A stretch of DNA of 46,073 bases, taken from contig JAWLHB010000056.1 of NCBI GenBank assembly GCA_041690595.1, forward strand, positions 1-46,073, in the 5' to 3' direction. This document shows, piece by piece, positions 1 to 8,737 of the stretch. The stretch comes from Lentisphaeria bacterium. GTDB lineage: Bacteria > Verrucomicrobiota > Lentisphaeria > JABSQK01 > JAWLHB01. A program made the position numbers and the translations under genes. Each line of letters opens with the position of its first letter. Position 1 is the first letter of the stretch. The notes below the pieces were generated by a model. The model made no database searches. It had not been told where the DNA came from and worked only from the letters and a program-made list of their open reading frames with translations.

Positions 1-1
1 C

Positions 2-415
2 TATCGCTTCAGCGACTGGGGGCATTGGCATGCAAGCGGTCGACATCCCTTCGAATCCAACTTCGTGACCCACGTCTGTCGCAGCCTCGGCCATCGCGCG
101 GATGGCTGGGATGCCAAGCGGCTTCAGTCCGAACTGCGCGCCGATCTGGCCCGCACTATGGCCGCCGACGCCGATGTCGAAGCGATGCAAGCCGCCTGCG
201 AGAGCAGGAAGAAGCGCCCGACCCCGATCCTGCGCGCCGATCGTCGCAATCGTTACTGGAGCGATGGCGCGATCATCGGCGATCGGCAATTCATCCGCGA
301 AGTAGCTGGTGCCGCCTATGGCAGCGATGCCATCAAGAAGAAACGCCTTGGAAGCGGACGCCTGCCCGATTCCGGCGAGCTGCTCTACAGCTTCCGCCGT
401 CTGCGTCAGGACTGA
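2..415 (+). mobile_element. 3' part (truncated by the window edge) of a probable Y1 HUH / REP-associated tyrosine transposase (RAYT-like)
   Basis: The frame is open from base 2: YRFSDWGHW...RRNRYWSDGAIIGDRQFIREV...RLRQD*. YRFSDW resembles the Y-x-W-S-S motif that follows the catalytic Tyr of RAYT proteins, and RYWSDGAIIG..F resembles the C-terminal motif of long RAYT-like proteins. Repeats follow immediately. The HUH motif itself would lie outside the window. Confidence 0.5.
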
Positions 416-452
416 CGGGTTGCGGCCAGCACTGGTCTTCTGCTCAACACAG

Positions 453-489
453 GTCGGACGAGTCGGACGAGTCGGACGAAGTCGGACAT
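453..489. repeat. Short tandem array of a 9-bp unit GTCGGACGA (4 copies, last one imperfect)
   Basis: gtcggacga gtcggacga gtcggacga a gtcggacat, read directly. Confidence 0.9.
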
Positions 490-887
490 GCTGCATGCAC
501 CGCAGGTGCCCGTCGGGGGGACGGACCTTCCCGGCACGGGGGCGCTGCTCATGGGTAGTGCCTGGTCGCACGGTGTCAGCGACGCCAAGTTGATGGGACG
601 CGGGCATCATCTGTGCGACTTTAGGGGGCGCAGGTCGCTTGATTGGCTTGGGATTGGAAAGTTACCGCCGACAGCTGCGTTGCAAGGGCGCGAGTGGCGT
701 TCCCAGGATGAGCAGGCAGTGCCCATGGTCGGTGCCTGGCCGAGTTCTGCCAGTCACGCTGAGGGGGCGGTAGTCCCAGGTGTACGACTTCTGCTCCTGA
801 GTGAGGTAGCATTGTCGGGTTGAGGCGAGAAGTACCTGTCCCCGGGTTGCCTGTCCCCGGGTCGAGGCGGCGGTCAAGAGGCGGGAA

Positions 888-1122
888 GTACCTGTCCCCT
901 GGTCGAGGCGGCGGTACCTGTCCCCTGGTCGAGGCGGCGGTACCTGTCCCCTGGTCGAGGCGGCGGTACCTGTCCCCTGGTCGAGGCGGCGGTACCTGTC
1001 CCCCGGTCGAGGCGGCGGTACCTGTCCCCTGGTCGAGGCGGCGGTACCTGTCCCCTGGTCGAGGCGGCGGTACCTGTCCCCCGGTCGAGGCGGCGGTTAC
1101 CTGTCCCCTGGTCGAGGCGGCG
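888..1122. repeat. Tandem array of nine 26-bp units GTACCTGTCCCC(T/C)GGTCGAGGCGGCG, with degenerate partial copies at ~832-873
   Basis: Units start at 888, 914, 940, 966, 992, 1018, 1044, 1070 and 1096. Units 5 and 8 carry T>C and unit 9 has one extra T. There are no spacers. Confidence 0.95.
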
Positions 1123-1304
1123 GTCAAATCGAACTTCTACGCCACTGTCGCTGAAACACTTGGACCGCGCAATACTACAGAAGCACCCGGCAGCGACATT
1201 CGGCTCCATCTTCGCCCAGCGGCACTTGACTATTCGATTGCCGGGATGACCGTAAGTGAGAGTTTTCGCGCGTAACCAGAGAACCCCTGGAAGGAGTCTA
1301 CCTC

Positions 1305-2060
1305 ATGGCAGAAAAGAAGAGTCTCGGCTATTCCGACACGCCCATCATTCCCGGCTCGAAGTATCATGTTCACGACGGGGATCGCCCGCAGCCGCGCATC
1401 GTCAAGCCCGGCACCGCCAGCACCCAGGAGAAGCCCGGCGCCGCTCCCTCCGACGCTGTCATCCTCTTCGACGGCTCCAGCCTGAAGGATTGGGAGAGCT
1501 GCAAGGAGGGCGGCGCGGTGGAATGGAAGCTTCAAGACGGTTACATGGAAGTGACGCCCAAGAGCGGGAATATCCGCAGCAAAGCCCACTTCGGCGACTG
1601 CCAACTGCACATCGAGTTCGCTTCACCTGAAGTGGTGAAGGGCGACGGTCAGGGGCGTGGCAACAGCGGCGTCTTCCTCATGGGTCTCTACGAGATCCAG
1701 GTCCTCGACTGCTACGACAATCCCACCTATCCCGATGGCACCACGGCCGGCATCTACGGCCAATATCCCCCCCTGGTCAATGCCTGCCGCAAACCCGGCG
1801 AATGGCAGACCTACGACATCGTCTGGATCGCCCCGCGCTTCAAGGGTGACGACCTCGTCAGCCCCGCCCGCGTCACCGTCTTCCACAATGGCCTGGTTGT
1901 CCATCATGACAAGGAATTGCAGGGCCCCACACAGCATCGTGCGCTCGCCAAGTACGAGCCGCATCCCGCGACGGGTCCGCTGGTGCTGCAGGATCACGGC
2001 GACCTGGTGCGCTTCCGCAATGTCTGGTATCGGCCGCTGACCGACTACGATCAGGGCTGA
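1305..2060 (+). CDS. DUF1080 / 3-keto-disaccharide hydrolase family protein
   Basis: Motifs LFDG..L..W, FGD.QLHIEF, GNSGVFL, YEIQVLD, GEWQTYDI and LQDHG..VRFRNVW; RBS AAGGAG upstream; no obvious signal peptide. Confidence 0.85.
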   Translation: MAEKKSLGYSDTPIIPGSKYHVHDGDRPQPRIVKPGTASTQEKPGAAPSDAVILFDGSSLKDWESCKEGGAVEWKLQDGYMEVTPKSGNIRSKAHFGDCQLHIEFASPEVVKGDGQGRGNSGVFLMGLYEIQVLDCYDNPTYPDGTTAGIYGQYPPLVNACRKPGEWQTYDIVWIAPRFKGDDLVSPARVTVFHNGLVVHHDKELQGPTQHRALAKYEPHPATGPLVLQDHGDLVRFRNVWYRPLTDYDQG

Positions 2061-2078
2061 GTACGATTGCCGGCGCCG

Positions 2079-2834
2079 CTACTTCGGTGGCGCCGGCTTG
2101 CCCACCAGCGAGAGAGCCTGTCCATACATGCCGGGGAGCTGCGTCAAGCCGATGCCATGCCGATCGCTGCCGGCCGGCAGGCTCTCGAAGTTGTCCAGCA
2201 GCAGCGTAGCCTCATCCGCCACCAGCTCGCCATGAAACCCCAGCTCCTCCGGTGAGCGGACAATGCTGGAAATGCGCAGATCGTCGATGGCCATCTCCCC
2301 CCGCCGGCGCAGATAGTCGCCGATGAGCAGCCGTGCCTTCCCAAGATCGCCAAGCAGCTCCGGCAGTGGAGCGCCGACCCAGCTTTCGCGCACCAGTTCG
2401 CCGTTGACGAAGACCGCCACCGCCTCATGCTCCCAGGTGATGGCGATATGCTGCCACTCCCCCACGGCCGGAGTCCATTCACCGGCCATCAGCACGCTCG
2501 ACTCGCCCTGTTCCGAGGCAACCCGCACACTGAGTCCCGCCGACGGAGCGTAGTTGGCGCCCGTATACCAGCGCAGCTCGACCCGGCCACGCGGCGCCAG
2601 CAGCGTCATGATGTTCAACAGCCCCTTGTAGTGACTGCTGCTTGGCAGCCTCGATTCCAGATCCACTTGCGGCTGAACCCAGAACTCGATGGTTCCTTCC
2701 GTCACCTCCGCCAGGGCAGGCAGCGAGTAGGTCAGATAGCCGCTCTCCCCGCTGCACGGTATCGCACGCACCAGCATGACCATGAGCAGCACGGTCAGGA
2801 AGCTCACATTTCGGAATGGCATGATGGTAGGCAT
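2079..2834 (-). CDS. Secreted LamG/concanavalin-A-like domain protein
   Basis: Hydrophobic N-terminus; GTIEFW, WQHIAITW...FVNG, IDDLRISS and TLLLDNFE are typical of the LamG jelly-roll. Confidence 0.7.
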   Translation of the reverse strand: MPTIMPFRNVSFLTVLLMVMLVRAIPCSGESGYLTYSLPALAEVTEGTIEFWVQPQVDLESRLPSSSHYKGLLNIMTLLAPRGRVELRWYTGANYAPSAGLSVRVASEQGESSVLMAGEWTPAVGEWQHIAITWEHEAVAVFVNGELVRESWVGAPLPELLGDLGKARLLIGDYLRRRGEMAIDDLRISSIVRSPEELGFHGELVADEATLLLDNFESLPAGSDRHGIGLTQLPGMYGQALSLVGKPAPPK

Positions 2835-2923
2835 CCATTAGCCTACCTCCATCTTGTGGCGGCGTCAATCATAAACCGCGTGCAGCTTCCATTCACCCGC
2901 GGAATATATATAGGGGCAATGAT

Positions 2924-2958
2924 TTGCAGAGCGTCGCGAAGGTGCTAATATTATTTAG
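2924..2958 (+). promoter_or_regulatory. Putative lexA promoter (TTGCAG -35, extended -10 TGcTAATAT) overlapped by the palindrome CTAA-N6-TTAG (candidate LexA operator)
   Basis: ttgcag 2924-2929; tg-c-taatat 2943-2951; ctaatattatttag 2945-2958, in an AT-rich patch ~50 bp upstream of the lexA ATG. Confidence 0.45.
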
Positions 2959-3009
2959 GTAATCATCAGCGCTGAAGCAACCAGGGTATTCTTTGTACAG
3001 GGGGATCTC

Positions 3010-3627
3010 ATGCGAGACTTGACCGATAAACAGCAGGCTATTCTCGACTTCATCGAGACCTTTCACTGCCGCGAAAACGTGCCGCCCACCGTCTATGAAA
3101 TAGCCGAGAACTTCGACATCAAGCCGGCCACCTCTTTCGCGCACATTCGCGCCTTGATGCGCAAAGGCTACCTGAACCGCACCTCCAAGGCGCGCAGCAT
3201 TACCCTGCTGCAGAGCCACATGACGCCGAACTACAAGCCCCACATGACCATTCCGGTCCTCGGCAAGATCAGCGCCGGTCTCCCCCTGCTCAGCGCCGAA
3301 AATGTCGACGAGATGGTCTGCATCGACCCCACCATGCTGCGCCGCGAGTACAATTCGGGCAGCCTCTTCGCCCTGCGCATCAAGGGCGACAGCATGAAAG
3401 ACGCCGGCATCCTGGACGGCGACATGGTCATCGCGGTCCAGAAGGAAGCAAAGAAGGGCGACATCGTCATCGCCCTGATCGAGGATGAATCGACCATCAA
3501 GTACCTCTACTTTCGCGATGACCTGATCGAGCTGCGCCCCGCTAATCCAGCCTACAAGCCACAGCTCTATCCGGCGCGATCCGTTCAGATTCAAGGTGTG
3601 ATGACCGGGCTGATCCGCACCTTGTGA
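3010..3627 (+). CDS. lexA: SOS repressor LexA
   Basis: N-terminal winged HTH (LT.KQQ.ILDFI...PPT..EIA), Ala-Gly cleavage site (ISAGLP), catalytic Ser (GDSM) and Lys (TIK), L.PANP.Y. Confidence 0.95.
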   Translation: MRDLTDKQQAILDFIETFHCRENVPPTVYEIAENFDIKPATSFAHIRALMRKGYLNRTSKARSITLLQSHMTPNYKPHMTIPVLGKISAGLPLLSAENVDEMVCIDPTMLRREYNSGSLFALRIKGDSMKDAGILDGDMVIAVQKEAKKGDIVIALIEDESTIKYLYFRDDLIELRPANPAYKPQLYPARSVQIQGVMTGLIRTL

Positions 3628-3670
3628 GTAACCCGGCTTCCGGCCTCCGGGCACGGCGGCACCTTCGGTA

Positions 3671-5377
3671 ATGCGACCCACCACCGAGCACAAGACCAAT
3701 CGGCCGCCACATTACGGTCACCGTTTACGGCGGCTTGACGCCTGGCTTCGACGCCACGTCTGGCGAGTGAGCGGACTTCTTGCCGTCGTCATGCTGGTCA
3801 GCGTTCTGGCACTGCTCGCGGGTATCGGCCGGAGTTGCGTGGCCATGCTTCGCGATCCAAGCGGCCGAGTGCGCCGTACCATTCAGCTTCCCGATAATCT
3901 GATGACGGGCGAGTTGTCACCCCAGCCGCGCGTCACCGAAATCTCACCGGCGGATCCACCTCCCCGCCAACCCGCCTCGTTCGCCGATCCCCCTCCACCG
4001 GAGATCGCATGGCATGCAGAGCCGATCATTCTTCGTGCCGCGGAGATTCTTGCCCGACACGATCGGCCGGACGCCGCCATGGATCTGCTCCTCGCCAGCG
4101 CGCCAGATCGCGACCGGTGGATGAGCGTGGCACGGCAGGCTTATGCCACCGTCGATCAGCGGCTGAACCACCGTTTCCCCTTGGAGTGGCAAGAGCTCGA
4201 CGAGATCTGGCGCGACCTGTCGGCGGAGCAACGCCTCGCCGCCTGGCGATGGCCGGATGCGGCCGTTGACGATGCGCTTCTGGCTGCCCTGTCGGAGGCT
4301 CCTTCCCGGGCCGAGTGGCCGCGGACCCTGACCATGCTGCCCACCTCCCTGCAGGTGGCATTGCTGCACAACCTTACGGTCGATCTGTTGCGAACGACGG
4401 GCATGTCGCCGAACCTGGTGCGTCTCGTCCTCTCGGCTCGTTTCACCCCCGGACTCGCGGCCCAGGCCATGTTGGATCGCCATGATCCCGCCGCGGAGGG
4501 CATGCGGTACGCGGACCATGTACAATGGTTTGCACATCAACTCGACGCCCTCCTGCTTCCCGAACTCGCCCGCGAAATCCTGATCGGTGAACGAAGTCTC
4601 CTGCTCGCTGCCGAGATGGAGAACAAGCCGCTGCATGCATGGTATCGTTCGGCGTGGGGGGCAGCTTTCTGCCGTGCAGTGATCACCATCGGCCCCGAAT
4701 CGCCGCCAACCAGTCTGCGGCAGGCCTGGGGGCTGTTGCCGGAAGGCGCTCAGGTACTTTGGTCCACGGAACTGGCACGCCTCTTCGGCGACCGTTACGG
4801 TCATCTGCCTGAAGTCGTGGAGCGGGAAAGCGACTGGCTGCGCCAAGCGGGTGAGCTGCCGGACAAGGCAGCCGTGCTCCTCATGATTCGCCGCCACCCC
4901 GACTGGCTGCGCGAGATGAATGCCTTTCACTATGACCGCGCCCTGGCTGGCCTTCCAGAGCTGTTGACGGCGATTCATGGCTCCGCCTACTCGGGAACCA
5001 TCAACCTGGCGCTCGTGAATCAGCTCAATCAGGAACGCCCCCAGTTCAGCAACCCCAGATTCCCATGGCCGCGCCTCGCGGAAGAAGCGAAGATCGCGGA
5101 AGCTGTGCCCCCAATCATGAAGAAGACGGTGACGGAGCAGCTCTCGTACAACCGGCCAGGTCGCCCGTCCGCTCGTACCTGGGGAGAATCCGAGGCGCGA
5201 CTGGTTTATCAGAGCCTCCTCACCATGGGCGCAAGGTTGCCCACCCAGCACAAGCAATTCTACGCCACGCTGGCGCGCCTCTATGCGCTCAATCGCGGCG
5301 TGCTGCAGGATCCCGAAGAGGCGACCGCCTTTCCGCGGATGCTCACCCCCGATCCGGTACGCCAGCCGACTCGCTGA
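3671..5377 (+). CDS. Hypothetical membrane-anchored protein (568 aa)
   Basis: Long ORF 43 bp after lexA; one N-terminal hydrophobic helix, a Pro-rich linker, then a Leu/Ala-rich helical region; no family recognised. Confidence 0.7.
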   Translation: MRPTTEHKTNRPPHYGHRLRRLDAWLRRHVWRVSGLLAVVMLVSVLALLAGIGRSCVAMLRDPSGRVRRTIQLPDNLMTGELSPQPRVTEISPADPPPRQPASFADPPPPEIAWHAEPIILRAAEILARHDRPDAAMDLLLASAPDRDRWMSVARQAYATVDQRLNHRFPLEWQELDEIWRDLSAEQRLAAWRWPDAAVDDALLAALSEAPSRAEWPRTLTMLPTSLQVALLHNLTVDLLRTTGMSPNLVRLVLSARFTPGLAAQAMLDRHDPAAEGMRYADHVQWFAHQLDALLLPELAREILIGERSLLLAAEMENKPLHAWYRSAWGAAFCRAVITIGPESPPTSLRQAWGLLPEGAQVLWSTELARLFGDRYGHLPEVVERESDWLRQAGELPDKAAVLLMIRRHPDWLREMNAFHYDRALAGLPELLTAIHGSAYSGTINLALVNQLNQERPQFSNPRFPWPRLAEEAKIAEAVPPIMKKTVTEQLSYNRPGRPSARTWGESEARLVYQSLLTMGARLPTQHKQFYATLARLYALNRGVLQDPEEATAFPRMLTPDPVRQPTR

Positions 5378-5399
5378 GCCTGCACGCCCCGGCCCTGCT

Positions 5400-6881
5400 T
5401 CAGGTGCAGCGGTGCAGGTAGTAATCCTGCTCGAGATCGCCATGCGGGCAAAGCGCCGTCACGGCTTCGCGGGTGCGGCGGGCCCAGGCAATGATCTGCT
5501 CCATGTGCGAGCGTGAATAGCGATAGAAGGTCCCATGTCCGGTAGCGATGATCTCTGGCTGCCATTCCATCATCAGCCTGGCGCTGCGCACGAAACCTTC
5601 CTCGAAGCGTGAGCCGTTGAAGGCGCAGTAACCGCCCGTCCCATTCCAGCGCGAGGTCGGCTGAAAACTGTCGCCGCCAAAGAAGACGCGCCGACCGTCG
5701 ATCTCCGCCTGCAGGCAGCAGTGCCACCAGGTCTGACCGGGAAAGGGAGCCACTCGAAACGTATACCCGGACCAACTCCACTCACCCTCTTCGGGAAGTA
5801 GAGAATCCGCCACAATCGGCACGGCCGGCAGCCATGGGGCCTTAATGGCGCCAGGATGCGGCAGGGGTGCCGCCACCCACGGATGCAACCATAGCAGCGC
5901 GCCGTGGCGCTCCCGAAGCAGGGGCGCTCCATCGACATGATCCAGATGGTAATGCGAAGCCGTGGAGGCTGTTACCCGCAAACCGCCGATCTCCGCCAGC
6001 AGCGCGTCGAGAGCATCCATATCTCCCAGGGTCGGATCGACAACGAGCCCTTCGCCCCGATCGCTCACCACCAGGTAGCCGTTGCAGCCGAACTGGTAGA
6101 GGTGCGGCAACAACTGGCGCGCGCCACTGCCCGTGAAGGTCGGCTGTACGTAGCGGTCTGCCTCGCCTGCACAGATGGAGCCCTTGCTGTGATAGAAGGC
6201 AAGGAGCTTCTCCGCGAGAGCGCGCAACATGGCCCGTGGCGCCACCCGCACGACCGGCCCGTGCGAGGGACAAAGCAGGTCGATCCGCACCTTCTCCAGT
6301 CGCTCGATGCCTTCCCAGGCGGCAAGCGCTCCGCTGCCCGTCCAATGGTCCCACTCCAGATGATAGGGTTGATGCACCGTCGCATCCGCATGCGCCGCGT
6401 CCCCGCAGAAGACCACCTGCCGATCGCCGACGTCAACAATGACCGACAGCGCCGCCGCACTGTGCCCCGGCGTCGACATGAAACGCACCCGGCGGCACTT
6501 CCAGTAGAGGTCGCTGAAGCCCTGCATGTCGTAGAGGACGCCATCGATCCCATGCTCGAGCAGCGCGTGACTTTCCGGCACACCCCCGGAGAATCCCCCG
6601 GCATGGCGCTCCGCCACCGTCGCCGGTTCCAGAAAGGAGCGCTCGCCGGCTGGAGCATGGACGGTCATTCCTTCAGGTATGCCCGCCTCCAGGCCGGAGC
6701 ATTGGTCCGTGTGATGATGGGTCAGGAAAAGCTCCGAGGGAGCGGGCAGGCCGGCAGCCTCGGCCTCCGCCCGCCACGCGCCGGTGCCGTAGTCGATCGC
6801 CATCGCGGCATCCCCGTCAACGAGCAGGTAGACATTGCAGCTGTCCTCGAAACGGTACAGCCCCGGAAGCACTTCCTCCAT
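5400..6881 (-). CDS. Tandem two-domain metallo-beta-lactamase-fold hydrolase
   Basis: Domain 1: THHHTDQ, TPGHS, GD, PSHG. Domain 2: SHYHLDH, PGQT, GD, TGHG. Confidence 0.85.
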   Translation of the reverse strand: MEEVLPGLYRFEDSCNVYLLVDGDAAMAIDYGTGAWRAEAEAAGLPAPSELFLTHHHTDQCSGLEAGIPEGMTVHAPAGERSFLEPATVAERHAGGFSGGVPESHALLEHGIDGVLYDMQGFSDLYWKCRRVRFMSTPGHSAAALSVIVDVGDRQVVFCGDAAHADATVHQPYHLEWDHWTGSGALAAWEGIERLEKVRIDLLCPSHGPVVRVAPRAMLRALAEKLLAFYHSKGSICAGEADRYVQPTFTGSGARQLLPHLYQFGCNGYLVVSDRGEGLVVDPTLGDMDALDALLAEIGGLRVTASTASHYHLDHVDGAPLLRERHGALLWLHPWVAAPLPHPGAIKAPWLPAVPIVADSLLPEEGEWSWSGYTFRVAPFPGQTWWHCCLQAEIDGRRVFFGGDSFQPTSRWNGTGGYCAFNGSRFEEGFVRSARLMMEWQPEIIATGHGTFYRYSRSHMEQIIAWARRTREAVTALCPHGDLEQDYYLHRCT

Positions 6882-6883
6882 GA

Positions 6884-8584
6884 TCAGCTCTCCTCCGCCG
6901 GCGGCTCTTCGAGCAGCCGGAAGGTGCAGGTGCCGCTGAGGCCGGCAAGGTAGGCCGCCTCATGGCGACGAGGCTCGCCCTTGTACCAGAAGCCGGCAAA
7001 GCGGATGAAATTGGCCCAGGCGTACAGCCGCATCGTAACCGCCCCCGGGAAGCGATACACCACCTCGTAAACGAAGCCGGCATCCTCCACCAGCAGGGTT
7101 CCTTCGCTCGCCGTAATCTCGATCGCCTCCTCCTGAAAGCATTCACCGTTCAACATCACCTTTTCCATCCGGCCCTGATGGACAGGCATCATGACATTGA
7201 CGGAGAGCTCATCCGCCGGCAAAACCGACATCTGGGGATAGAAGGCGCTTTCCACGATGTAGGATTCCCCCTTCTGCCGCACGCGCGAGGGCCCCCCGTG
7301 GTTGAAGTTGCTCGCTTCCATGCGGCCACCGCGTTGACTCTGCACCCACTCTTCCGGCGCGCCGAAGAAGCTGACGCCAATGAGAATGTTCCGAACGTCG
7401 AACATGGTCTCGACCGCCGGCTTCAGCGCATAGTGGAAGGAGAGCGGAAAACTGTGGCTGTGGCGGTTGGCGGTGCGGTAGCCGATGGCATGGTTGCGGT
7501 CCTGGATCTGGCAGATGGTCGTCTCCCCGCCAGGCAGGGCGCCTCCCTGCACGGAGATCCACTTGCCATTCTTGACGGCGCCGAAGCGTTCCCAACTGGC
7601 GCGCGCGCGAAAGACATGCGGATATTCCCGCTCCTGCAGCTCCTCGATGGCGGCTTCCGGAACATGGAAGCGGCTGGCCAGTTGCCAGGCCGGTCCGCTC
7701 CAGGTGAAGGGAATATCCCCATCGTGATGGAAGATCAACCCTTCCTGCGACTCGTCCAAAAGCTCGACGATGGAGCGATCTTTCGACAAGCCCAGATAGC
7801 ACATCAGGAAGCGCATCTGCGAGTTCTGCCCAAGCACGTCCACCCGATATGCGCGAGACCACGGACCGCAGTTCAGCCCAAGCTCCGGATGGTACAGCGC
7901 CAGCAGCTCTCGCCAGAGTGCCAGCTCGATCTGCAGCGCCATCGATCTCGCTTCCTCGTCATCGACCAACTCGACGATCTTCGCCATCATGTGCGCGGTG
8001 ATGGCCGAATAGGTCGGGCTGTTGAACTCATGAGCCACATCTTCGTTCTCCATCATGTGCGCCATGCCATGGAGTGCCGCCATGCCGGCCGTGCGCAATC
8101 GGTCCCCCGTATAGACGGCGGGAATCGAGCCCAGCGGGTGATTCCACTCATACGTGTCCACAAACTGCGAGCCCAGAAGCATGCAGAATGTCGACATCCC
8201 CGAAAAATTGTGCGTGCCAAGCCCCCCGAAGCAGACCTCCAGGATGTTGGCGACGTGGGCGTGGAGGGTCGCCTTCAGGTGCTCCTGGCTCGCTTCCTCC
8301 AGTTTGTCGCCGAACCTCAGCAGAAGCTCCGGCACGACGATGGGCTGGAAGTGGTTGCTGTCGATTCCGGTATGGACGATGATCTGATTGGCGAGATCGA
8401 TATCGGCCGGTTCAGCTCTGGTCAACAGACTGATGGTGTTCCACAGCCGTTCGCGGCTGCTTGGCGGCGTGGAGGCAGGAAGGAAGGTACCCTTGCTGTC
8501 GAACCACTGGTGCAGTTTCGTGCAGTGTGCCTGCGTGAACTCGTCCTTGACTCCCTGATCGCCCAGAATCCGATAGCTGCTCAT
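6884..8584 (-). CDS. Hypothetical protein (566 aa), helical N-terminal half and beta-rich C-terminal half, possibly glycan-active
   Basis: Long ORF with an RBS (AAGGAG); ends 2 bp before the MBL gene start; contains an EFNSPTY motif; family not recognised. Confidence 0.7.
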   Translation of the reverse strand: MSSYRILGDQGVKDEFTQAHCTKLHQWFDSKGTFLPASTPPSSRERLWNTISLLTRAEPADIDLANQIIVHTGIDSNHFQPIVVPELLLRFGDKLEEASQEHLKATLHAHVANILEVCFGGLGTHNFSGMSTFCMLLGSQFVDTYEWNHPLGSIPAVYTGDRLRTAGMAALHGMAHMMENEDVAHEFNSPTYSAITAHMMAKIVELVDDEEARSMALQIELALWRELLALYHPELGLNCGPWSRAYRVDVLGQNSQMRFLMCYLGLSKDRSIVELLDESQEGLIFHHDGDIPFTWSGPAWQLASRFHVPEAAIEELQEREYPHVFRARASWERFGAVKNGKWISVQGGALPGGETTICQIQDRNHAIGYRTANRHSHSFPLSFHYALKPAVETMFDVRNILIGVSFFGAPEEWVQSQRGGRMEASNFNHGGPSRVRQKGESYIVESAFYPQMSVLPADELSVNVMMPVHQGRMEKVMLNGECFQEEAIEITASEGTLLVEDAGFVYEVVYRFPGAVTMRLYAWANFIRFAGFWYKGEPRRHEAAYLAGLSGTCTFRLLEEPPAEES

Positions 8585-8737
8585 GAACCTGCTCCTTGCC
8601 CTTTAGGTGGTGCTCGATGCACAAATATCCGCGCCACATTGCCCGGCTGCAACGCCTTGCGAGCAAAATGATCGAGGAAAAGGGCGAAGGAGTCCGCTGG
8701 CCGGGGAGATTATCCTCCCCGACCAGCGACATGAGCG

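Noticed and set aside
888..1122. CRISPR array
   Set aside because: The units are head-to-tail with no unique spacers, and there are no cas genes in the window.
621..1275. ORFs of 111-168 aa across the 26-bp array
   Set aside because: Their repetitive translations are by-products of a stop-free tandem repeat, and they have no RBS or family motifs.
2835..3009. Known SOS boxes (E. coli, Firmicutes, Verrucomicrobia types) upstream of lexA
   Set aside because: No match was found by eye; only CTAA-N6-TTAG is present.
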